This document shows, piece after piece, positions 56,196-64,000 of a stretch of DNA of 64,000 nt (the stretch's first letter is position 1; each line of letters begins with the position of its first letter). Below the pieces are notes generated by a model, which made no database searches, was not told the DNA's origin, and was given only the letters and a program-made list of their open reading frames with translations. The DNA comes from an uncultured Pseudomonadota bacterium (GTDB taxonomy: Bacteria > Myxococcota_A > Polyangia > Fen-1088): NCBI GenBank assembly GCA_963737345.1, contig CAVTSM010000009.1:7532-71531 (forward strand). The letters run 5' to 3'. Made by a program: the position numbers and the translations under genes.

Positions 56196-56538
56196 ATGAC
56201 GCGAACATCGATCCTGTCGCTCGCTCCCGAAGTCATCCGCCTTCCGAAGCCGGCGTCGCGTCTCGGCTGCTGCTTCCTCCTGACCGGCGTCGCGCACGCG
56301 GGCGCTGGGCTGCCGTGGGAGAGCCAGCTCGACAGGATCTCGAACGTCGCTGAGCGGTCCTGTCGCCAAGGCGATCGGCCTCATCGCCATGGTCCTGTGC
56401 GGGATCGGCATCGGGCTCAGCGAGGGTGGCGGCGGCGCGCGCAAGCTGCTCATCATCGGGCTCGGTCTGTCGATCGCGTTCAGCGCCCGGACGTTCTGGC
56501 TCTCGTTCTTCGGATCGAGCGGCGGCTTCATCCTCTGA
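56196..56538 (+). pseudogene. trbC: trbC (VirB2-type pilin), frameshift near 56345-56350
   Basis: Signal-like CCFLLTGVAHAGAGLPWESQLDRISN in frame 0. Then SLSGPVAKAIGLIAMVLCGIGIGLSEGGGGARKLLIIGLGLSIAFSARTFWLSFFG in frame 1, ending TGA 56536-56538. Confidence 0.7.
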
Positions 56539-56545
56539 GGCGGCG

Positions 56546-56804
56546 ATGACCGACGACGACGGCTACGCCTGGCCCGTGCACCGCGCGCTCACTGAGCCGA
56601 GCCTGCTCGCCGGCGTTCCGCGCAGGCTGGCCATCTTCCTGTGGACCACGACGGCGGGGCTGGTCTTCAACTTGAACCAGTACTGGTTCCTGGCCGTCGG
56701 CGCTCGGGCTTCACGTCGCGGCCGCGTACCTGACGCGCAAGGATCCCGACTTCTTCCCGGTCCTGTTCCGCGCACTGAACGGCCAGAACCGCCTCGAGCC
56801 ATGA
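56546..56804 (+). pseudogene. trbD: trbD (VirB3-type), frameshift near 56700
   Basis: MTDDDGYAWPVHRALTEPSLLAGVPRRLAIFLWTTTAGLVFNLNQYWFLAVG, then LGLHVAAAYLTRKDPDFFPVLFRALNGQNRLEP stop in another frame. Confidence 0.7.
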
Positions 56805-56808
56805 GGGG

Positions 56809-59311
56809 ATGACGATGTTCTCGCTCAAGGGATACCGCGAGCCGACCCACCGGCTCCCCGACTGGCTGCCCTGGTACGGGCTGGTCGCGCCGGGCGTCGT
56901 GCTGCAGAAGAACGAGGTCCTACAGAAGACGGTGGCCTTTCGGGGCCCGGATCTGATGGCGTCCGGCCGGCCCGAGCTCACGGCCACGGTCCTCCGTCTC
57001 AACAACGCGCTCAAGCGGCTGTCCAGCGGGTGGGCGATCTTCGTCGAGGCGCAGCGGTTCGAGACCGACAACTACCCATCATCGGCGTGGCCGCACCCTG
57101 CGGCGTGGATCGTCGACTACGAGCGCCGCCACAACTTCCGCGGCGGCACGCACCTCGAGACCAGTTACTACCTGACGTTCGCCTGGCAGCTCCCGACGCT
57201 GGCGGAGCACCGGGCGGCGCGTCTGTTCTCGGGCGCGCGGCCGGAGCGGGCAAGGGCCGTCGGCTCTCGGCGGTCGCCGAGGATGGCCACGACGACCGCC
57301 GCGACCTCGCAATCTTCTGCAAGACCGTTCGGGAGATCCTCGACATCATGGCGGCGGTGTTCGTCGAGGTGCGCGAGCTCTCGGACGAGGAGACGCTCAC
57401 GTACCTTCACAGCACGATTTCGACCAACCGCCATCCGGTGCGCATGCCGGAGGTGCCGGCCTATCTGGACGCTCTCCTGCCCGACCAGGCGTTCACGCCA
57501 GGCGACATCCCGATGCTGGGACGGCACTTCGTGCCCGCCTGCACCATCACCGGGTTCCCCGGATCGACCGTTCCGGGGATCCTGGACCAGCTCAATCACC
57601 TCGGCATCGAGTACCGCTGGTCGACCCGTTACATCTTCCTTGGCAAGGAAGAGGCGCAGCGCGAGTTCGAGAAGGCGCGGCGGCGCTTCTGGCAGGGCCG
57701 CAAGAGCCTGCTCACGCTGCTGAAGGAGACGGTCACCAAGGAGGAGTCGGCGCTGGTCGACAACGCGTCGGCCGGCAAGGCAGGGGACGTCGACCGCGCG
57801 CTCGAGGAGGTCGGCAACGACCTCGTGAGCTACGGGTATCTGACGTCGACGATCGTGGTCTGGGATCGCGACGTCGACCTCGCGCGGCGCAAGAGCCAAG
57901 CGGTCCGCCAGGTGATCCAGCAGAACGGGTTCGTCGTCCGCGACGAGTCGCTGAACGCCCAGGAGGCCTGGCTCGGCACGCTACCCGGCCACCTATGGGC
58001 GAACGTGCGACGCCCGCCGGTGAGCACCACGACGCTCGCGCATCTGATGCCGCTCTCGTCGGTGTGGGCCGGGGACGAGGAGAACGAGCACCTGCGCGAG
58101 CGATCGGGCGTCGGCACGGCGCACGTCTATTGCTCGACCGCCGGGTCCACGCCGTTTCGGTTGAACCTGGCCGTCCAAGACGTCGGCCACACCTTCATCG
58201 TCGGCCCGACGGGCGCGGGGAAGAGCACGCTCCTCGGCACGCTCGCGATCCAGTTCCTGCGCTACCCGGATGCCCAGGTGATCATCGTCGACAAGGACAA
58301 GAGCGCACGGGCGCTCACCCTTGCGCTCGAGGGCGTCATCTACGAGCCGGGGAACGAGAAGGCCTCCACCTCGTTCCAGCCGCTGCGCGACATCGACGAC
58401 CCAGTCGAGCGCGTCTGGGCGTCGCAGTTCGTGCTCCATCTGCTCGGCGCAGCAGAAGGTGAGCCCGTCGCCCGAGCTGAAGGAGTACATCGACAGCGCC
58501 CTCGCCAGCCTGGCCAGCAATCCCCGCCGCGAGCACCGGACCATCTCGGGCCTGAGCTTCCTTCTGACGCCCGAGCTCAAGGCCGCTCTCTACCCGTACA
58601 CGGTTCGCGGGAACTACGGGCAGCATCTTCGACGCCGACCACGACTCCATCGGCTCTTCATCGTCCTTCCAGATGTTCGAGATGGGCGAGCTGATGCGCA
58701 TGGGCGAGGAGGCGGTCGCGCCCGCCCTCGACTACGTCTTCCACCGCATCGAGGCGCGCCTCGACGGCCGCCCCACGCTCCTGATCCTCGACGAAGCGTG
58801 GCTGTTCCTGCGCCATCCGACGTTCGTGAGCCGGCTGCAGGGGTGGCTCAAGACGCTGCGGAAGAAGAACGTCTACGTGGTGTTCGCGACCCAGGAGGTC
58901 GCCGACGCCGCGAACAGCCCCATCGCCCAGACGATCCTCCAGGCCTGCCCGACCAAGATCTACCTGCCCGACGAACAAGCCGAGACGCCGGCGCTGGCCT
59001 CGGTCTATCGCTCGTTCGGACTGACCGAGACCGAGATCTCCATCCTGGCGCGCGCGACCAAGAAGGCGGACTACTACTACAAGTCGGTGAAGGGACAGCG
59101 CCTGTTCCGTCTCGACCTTGGGCCTGTCGCGCTTGCCTTCGTCGGGATGTCGAGCCCCGCCGACCACCGGTTCCTCGACGAGTTGGAGCGGACTACGCCG
59201 CCCGCCGATCGGGCGGTGAAGATCCTGGCCCACCGCCAGCTCGAGTGGGCCGTTCCTTTGCTCGAGCAGGCGCGCGCTGCGCGCCCAGGAGGCCAGGCCC
59301 TGATCTCGTGA
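56809..59311 (+). pseudogene. trbE: trbE (VirB4 ATPase), three frameshifts (about 57250-57290, about 58450, about 58625)
   Basis: Four collinear segments in frames 1, 0, 1 and 2. Segment 1: MTMFSLKGYREPTHRLPDWLPWYGLVAPGVVLQKN... Segment 2: ...ETLTYLHSTIS...GPTGAGKST (Walker A, about 58203-58229). Segment 3: KVSPSPELKEYIDSALASLAS... Segment 4: IFDADHDS...RPTLLILDEAW...VVFATQEVADA. Confidence 0.85.
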
Positions 59312-59324
59312 CCGGAGTCACGCC

Positions 59325-60079
59325 ATGTCTCAACGCCGCCGCATTGTTTTCGTCGCCGCGCTGGCTGGTTCCCTCTCGCGGCGTCGCACCGAACCCGGCC
59401 TGGGCCGATCCGTTCGGTGGCGACGTCGTCCAGCTCGGCCGCGATCCTTTCCGAGCTCCTCAGCCAGGGTGTCCAACTCGCGAATCAGCTCGAGCAGTTG
59501 CAGGCGGAGGTCCGTTACACCGAACAGACGTTGCAGCAGCTCGATCCGACCTCCTTCAGTACCCTGCTGAACACCTTCAACACCCTCCGCTGGAACTACC
59601 AGTCGCTGGCCGGCCAGGTGCAGACCATCAGTTTCACCGCCAATCACGTTCAGTCCGACTTCACGCGCCTGTTCCCGAAGGACAAGAACGCGTGGCGAGC
59701 AGCGCCGTCCTCGGCCTTCGACGGCTACTACACTGGCTGGCAGACGGAGATCAGCAACTCCTCGCTTGTGGCGATGAGCGCACAGACGCAGATCGACCTC
59801 TTGCAGCGGCAGAACGACGTCATGATGGGCATCCTCGGGCAGTCCCAGGGCGCCAACGGCGAGCTCCGCCAGCTTCAGCTCATCAACCAGAGCCTCGCCA
59901 AGATTCACGACCGCCTCGGTACGGTCGTCGAGGTGCTGGCCACCAGCCAGCGCGTGACCGCGGCGCTCGCCGCGGCGACGTCCGGCCAGAACCTGATGCT
60001 CCGCGAGAGCAAGCAACGCCGTCTCGACGGTTACACCAACCGCGGCAAGCCGTCGCGCGTCCTCAACCGCCTGCCGTGA
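59325..60079 (+). pseudogene. trbJ: trbJ (VirB5-type), two frameshifts (about 59375-59380 and about 59435-59440)
   Basis: Signal MSQRRRIVFVAALAGSLS in frame 0; APNPAWADPFGGDVVQL in frame 1; AAILSELLSQGVQLANQLEQLQAEVRYTEQTLQQL... to the stop at 60079 in frame 2. Confidence 0.65.
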
Positions 60080-60094
60080 CGGGAGTGCCAGGTC

Positions 60095-61372
60095 GTGGAG
60101 TTCAATACCCTAACGACGACGCTGACCACGTTCGTCACGGCGTACTCGGCGGCCTATGATCGGGTCCAACCGATCGCCCACAAGGTGCTCGGTTCGCTGG
60201 CCCTGATCGAGATCGCCCTCGTCGGTATGTACCTGGCCCTGGACGGCGGGCACCACGTCTCGGCGCTGTTCGGCAAGTTCCTCAAGATCGCCGTCTGGAC
60301 CTACATCACGACGAACTTCCACCAGCTTGTCCAGGCGTTCTCGCAAAGTCTGATCGGCGCCGGCCTGATCGCCGCCGGCCAGCCCGGCAATTTCCAGATC
60401 CTTCTCGACCCCTCGAAAGTAGCCAGCATGGGCACAACGGCGACCGACGGTCTCGTCCACGCCTTGTCCAACATCGGGACCTTCGACTTCTTCGACGCCG
60501 TGGTCTTCGGTCTCATGTACATGGCCATCATGCTGACGTTCCTGCTGATGGCGGTGCAGATGTTCTTGGCCGTGGCGGAGTTCTACTTGATCTCCGCTCT
60601 CGCCGGGGTGCTCATCGGGTTCGGCGTCTCGCCGCAGTTCCGCTTTCTCTCGGAGAAGGCCATCGGCGCGGTGGTGGCCTGCTCGATCAAGCTGATGGTC
60701 CTCGCCTTCATCATGGCGATGGTCCAGCCAACTCTGGCTTCGGTTCGCTTCGTCGGGCCTGAGATCAAATTCAACGAGCTCTGGGCACTCCTGCTGACGA
60801 GCGGGACGATCATGCTCTTCTCCTGGACGGCGCCGAGCCTGGCGGCGTCCCTGCTGGCGGGCAGCCCGTCCCTCGGAGCGGGAGGCGTGGCCCAGAACGT
60901 CATGTCAGGTGCCATGATGGTCAGCGGTCTGGGTGGGTTGGCCATGACGGTCGCACGCGGCGGCGGTGCGCTGCTCGGCGCCGGCGCGCGGGGCGCCGGT
61001 GTGGTGGCGGGCGGCTCCGCCGCCGGGATCGCTGGAGCCGGCGGAGGAGGGTACGCCGCGAGCGCCCTTGCCGGGGCGCGGGGAGCGGCGCGGGCAGCGG
61101 CGGCGGGCGCCGGCAACCTGGCGAAGGCGCCTTTCGCGGCGTTGCGTGATCAGTTCGGAAAGGGATTCGAAGAGGGCGCAAGTTCGGGGACGCCGAAGTC
61201 ACCGGGCTCGCGCGCAGCGCCCACCTCCGACGCAAATGGCAGACCCATTGCAGGCGGCACGAGTACAGGCCATCCGGCGCCGTGGGCCGAGCACGCGCGC
61301 CGGGCGTTGCTGTCCCGCGCGAATGCGGCGCCCGTTGATCAGCCCGCTCCCGGTCCTGAAAGCGACGCCTGA
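60095..61372 (+). CDS. trbL: trbL (VirB6-type inner-membrane T4SS protein)
   Basis: GTG 60095 after GGGAG. Multi-pass membrane protein (LALIEIALVGMYLAL, MYMAIMLTFLLMAVQMFLAVAEFYLISALAGVLIGFG) with a G/A-rich C-terminal tail. Intact. Confidence 0.85.
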   Translation: MEFNTLTTTLTTFVTAYSAAYDRVQPIAHKVLGSLALIEIALVGMYLALDGGHHVSALFGKFLKIAVWTYITTNFHQLVQAFSQSLIGAGLIAAGQPGNFQILLDPSKVASMGTTATDGLVHALSNIGTFDFFDAVVFGLMYMAIMLTFLLMAVQMFLAVAEFYLISALAGVLIGFGVSPQFRFLSEKAIGAVVACSIKLMVLAFIMAMVQPTLASVRFVGPEIKFNELWALLLTSGTIMLFSWTAPSLAASLLAGSPSLGAGGVAQNVMSGAMMVSGLGGLAMTVARGGGALLGAGARGAGVVAGGSAAGIAGAGGGGYAASALAGARGAARAAAAGAGNLAKAPFAALRDQFGKGFEEGASSGTPKSPGSRAAPTSDANGRPIAGGTSTGHPAPWAEHARRALLSRANAAPVDQPAPGPESDA

Positions 61373-61477
61373 GGGTCCGTGGTAATGGATGCCGCTGATC
61401 TCCAGCTCGCGTCCGGATCGTCAACCGACTAACCTGCGCAGCTGGCCGAGATAGGCCGCGTCCTTTCGAGCTCGCGG

Positions 61478-62821
61478 ATGACGATGAAGCGCGGCGATTT
61501 CATTCAAACCCGTGAGGGCCAGCTATCGTTGCTCGACCGTCGACGGCTTCGCTCGCGCTGGCTGTCTCTTGACCAGCCGCTTCGCGGCAAGGGCAGCATG
61601 AGCGAGAAGGAACAGCTCGCGTTCCAATCGGAGGTCGTCGCCGAGATGACTGCGCGTCGGCGGCGGACCCTCACCGCTCCGGTCGTTCTCGAGCTGGACT
61701 TCTCGGCGTCGCAGGCGAACCCGCCGGAACTGCATACGCTCGCCAAGAACTACATTGACCTTCTGGAAACGCCGGTGGCGGCCCTCGACAGCCGCAGACA
61801 TCACCTCTGGTTCAAGAATGATCGGAAGATCAAGGTGCTAGCGGTCTCTTATGGAAATCACCTTGGCGGGCCATCGATCAGGGCCAAGGTAGTTCCGCTC
61901 GTCGATTTTCGCGACAACCTCGCGCTTCTCGAACGAATTCGGAGGAAGGACTTCAAAGAACACGTTCGCGATCGCTACCGATCGTCGCAGTTTGATGACA
62001 ACGATGACGGCGACGATGATCGCGATGACCACGCAGACGAGCGCGCGTACGAGGAGCTGTCCGACTTCCAACGCAACAGGCCGTACTGGGTCAGTGTCAT
62101 GACGGAGGAGGGCTACGCGGCGATGCTCCAAACGCATCTGGCCAAGGCTCAACAGTCGTTCCTGGCGCGCAATGACCGGCTGCTCGAATGGTCGCTGACG
62201 AACCTCCTGTCGCGCCCGACCAGCAGGGAGTCAGAGTTTAGCTATCTCGACGTTCTGCAGCCGGCATATCGGCGGCCACTGATGACCGACACAATTAGTC
62301 TCCCGCTCGGTCACAGACCACAGCAGCAGGGTGAATCCCCGGCTTTCAAGCAACGAGTTGAGGCGGCTCTGGATGCCTTCCGAACGCGGTGGCCGTTCAT
62401 GTTTCCCCTTCGGACGCTGCTCGCCGTTACCATACTGGTCGTTCCGTCGGTACGGCAGGTAGCGGCTGAGCGCGCCCGCGAAGCGCATCCGAATGGAATC
62501 GACCTTGATAACCTGGCGCGAAAGATTGTTCCCATCGTTCATCGCGTCCTCTTGCCCCCGAGTACCTATGGGCGGGCATACGACCTGCCGAAGCGAGCGG
62601 GTCCAACGGATGACTTGTCAGCGAAGGTTGATGCGGCGGAACACCGATTCCCGAAGTATTCAGTTACGCGCTATTCGGCGATCGAGCTTCCTCGGGCTTC
62701 CGACGATCCGTCCGAGGGCTTCGTCCGATTGATGTTTGGCGATGGCTTGCCTGGCACTGGGCTGCTGGACAGCGTCGACGAAAAGGTGAGCCGATGGGAA
62801 AGGCGTGTGAGGAGGCTGTAA
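61478..62821 (+). CDS. Hypothetical protein inserted between trbL and trbF
   Basis: 447-aa ORF (ATG 61598 is an alternative start). Lower GC (52-57% on lines 61861 and 61981). Acidic stretch DDNDDGDDDRDDHADE. Two segments reminiscent of RusA-type motifs (PELHTLAKNYIDLLE, NGIDLDNLARKIVPIV). Confidence 0.55.
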   Translation: MTMKRGDFIQTREGQLSLLDRRRLRSRWLSLDQPLRGKGSMSEKEQLAFQSEVVAEMTARRRRTLTAPVVLELDFSASQANPPELHTLAKNYIDLLETPVAALDSRRHHLWFKNDRKIKVLAVSYGNHLGGPSIRAKVVPLVDFRDNLALLERIRRKDFKEHVRDRYRSSQFDDNDDGDDDRDDHADERAYEELSDFQRNRPYWVSVMTEEGYAAMLQTHLAKAQQSFLARNDRLLEWSLTNLLSRPTSRESEFSYLDVLQPAYRRPLMTDTISLPLGHRPQQQGESPAFKQRVEAALDAFRTRWPFMFPLRTLLAVTILVVPSVRQVAAERAREAHPNGIDLDNLARKIVPIVHRVLLPPSTYGRAYDLPKRAGPTDDLSAKVDAAEHRFPKYSVTRYSAIELPRASDDPSEGFVRLMFGDGLPGTGLLDSVDEKVSRWERRVRRL

Positions 62822-62959
62822 GCAGCCGTTCTGGTCACCGGGATTCCGAAGGTCTTCTCAACCGTCCTCGGGACTTGAGTGATACGAGGGCCTACCAGCG
62901 TCGCGAACCGGAGCGCCGCAACTGCGGCCCGGTATGCCCGATTGTGATCGCAGGACGTC

Positions 62960-63670
62960 ATGCTCACACCGTTCAAGACGGTCGGCGGAAAGGCGGTGCG
63001 GAGATGGGCCCCGCAGGGGCTGCTCGAGACGCCGTACAAGCGCGCTTCCCAGGAGTGGGACGACCGGATGGGGTCGGCGCTCGTGCAGGCGTTTCACTGG
63101 CGAATCGCTTGCTTCGCGTTGGCTGCCGGATTTGCGATTCAAACGGCCGGCATCGTCTATCTCGGGTCACTTCCGAAGGCGGTCACGCACGTCGTGCAGG
63201 TCGACCGGCTGGGCGGTGCGCGGTACTTCGGGCCGGCCGCGACGACCGCGTACCGGCCGGGGCCGGAATCGATCAGGTACTACCTCCGGCAGTTCGTCCA
63301 CCACACCCGCTCCCTGACGAGCGACGCCGAGGTGCTGAAGACCTGGTGGGTGGACGCGTACAAATTCGTCACGCCCGCCGCCAGCAGCGCGCTCACGGCC
63401 TACGTCGAGGCGAATAGCCCTTTCGCCCGGGCGCAGGAGCAGCGCGTCGCTGTCGAGTTCACCTACGTCATCCCGCTGTCGGCGGACACGTGGCAGGTCG
63501 ACTGGCGCGAGGTCGTCTCGGACAAGGACGGCAACCCCGTCTCGACCGCGAACTGGCGCGCCACGTTCCGCGTCGCAATCCGGCCGCTCGATCCCGACAA
63601 GGACGAGCAGATGGACGAGAACCCGCTCGGGATCTTCATCGACGAATTCCACTGGACTCGCCTGCCTTGA
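62960..63670 (+). CDS. trbF: trbF (VirB8-type)
   Basis: TPYKRASQEWDDRMGSA, a TM helix (WRIACFALAAGFAIQTAGIVYLG), then VVQVDRLG...YYLRQFVHHTRS...PLGIFIDEFHW. Confidence 0.85.
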   Translation: MLTPFKTVGGKAVRRWAPQGLLETPYKRASQEWDDRMGSALVQAFHWRIACFALAAGFAIQTAGIVYLGSLPKAVTHVVQVDRLGGARYFGPAATTAYRPGPESIRYYLRQFVHHTRSLTSDAEVLKTWWVDAYKFVTPAASSALTAYVEANSPFARAQEQRVAVEFTYVIPLSADTWQVDWREVVSDKDGNPVSTANWRATFRVAIRPLDPDKDEQMDENPLGIFIDEFHWTRLP

Positions 63671-63700
63671 CTCCGTTCACCCAAACCGCGAGGACAACTC

Positions 63701-64000
63701 ATGAAGCTCTCCGCTCTACCCGTGGCTTCGCTGCTCGTCGCCACGGCGGCCTGCGCGAGTCGGACGCCGCCGCCTCGGTACGTGAAGGCCGAGTTCGTCA
63801 CCGAGACGGTCAAACCGCCGGCAGTGATCACCGTGCCAAAGCCGATCCCGCTCCCTGGCCAGCTCCGACCGCTTCCCGCGCGGGGGCGCGCGGTTCACCA
63901 TTCCGTCGGGAAAGAGCCGGCCGCGGTGGTCGAGGAGGCGAACGCGAAGGCGACGTCCTCGCCCGACCCGGCCGGCTACTACAACGCCATCATGGTGTTC
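63701..64000 (+). CDS. trbG: trbG (VirB9-type), 5' part; runs off the window end
   Basis: ATG 63701, open for 100 codons to the window edge and not in the ORF track. Lipoprotein signal MKLSALPVASLLVATAAC, then ...LPGQLRPLP...EEANAKATSSPDPAGYYNAIMVF as in TrbG. Confidence 0.75.
   Translation, partial: MKLSALPVASLLVATAACASRTPPPRYVKAEFVTETVKPPAVITVPKPIPLPGQLRPLPARGRAVHHSVGKEPAAVVEEANAKATSSPDPAGYYNAIMVF

Noticed and set aside
37207-60079. Frameshifts considered as programmed ribosomal frameshifting or as generic sequencing error
   Set aside because: There are too many of them, in unrelated genes and without slippery-heptamer context, for programmed frameshifting. Uniform sequencing error is unlikely because ORFs of 9.2, 4.3, 2.5 and 2.1 kb in the same window are intact. 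Locally poor sequence quality cannot be excluded and is listed as the refutation test.
58321-60159. 612-aa plus-strand ORF running across trbE and trbJ
   Set aside because: Only two short stretches of this frame are genuine (the trbE segment about 58450-58625 and the trbJ segment about 59380-59435). The rest is out-of-frame read-through made possible by high GC.

Overview
This is a high-GC bacterial chromosomal segment; my hand counts on sampled 60-nt lines in backbone genes give about 70-75% GC. The gene content looks Myxococcota-like (inference from a PEGA protein, Hanks kinases, FHA and sigma-54-type regulators, Cys-rich lipoproteins and a large NRPS). (i) 1-9190 is the 3' end of an NRPS gene (A-T-C-A-T-C-A-T-TE). 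It is followed by two lower-GC JmjC/cupin oxygenase genes that flank a large secreted or outer-membrane protein gene. (ii) From about 14.7 kb to the window end lies the backbone of an integrated conjugative element of IncP/Tn4371-like type: a Toprim primase-like gene, traF, a trbN-like gene, a traM/traL/traK-like leader operon, relaxase, traG, a copG-like gene and trbB, then trbC-D-E-J-L-F-G. The trb operon is split between trbB and trbC by about 26 kb of cargo. That cargo holds a TacAT-like toxin-antitoxin pair, a kinase/PEGA pair, a sigma-54-type activator plus a sigma factor, a decayed ssb/DUF3991/radC patch, Cys-rich lipoprotein pseudogenes, a lower-GC four-gene putative defence island and an IS-split kinase gene. 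trbC, trbD, trbE and trbJ carry frameshifts, so the element looks immobilised. The most interesting candidate is 43.6-51.3 kb: FRG, HEPN-like and SIR2_2 genes co-oriented on the minus strand and divergent from a 1435-aa Cap4-like-nuclease / P-loop / helical-repeat (Avs/NLR-like) protein. I recognised no rRNA, tRNA or CRISPR array. All domain calls are by-eye motif recognition and no searches were run. Start codons are often uncertain in this GC-rich DNA.
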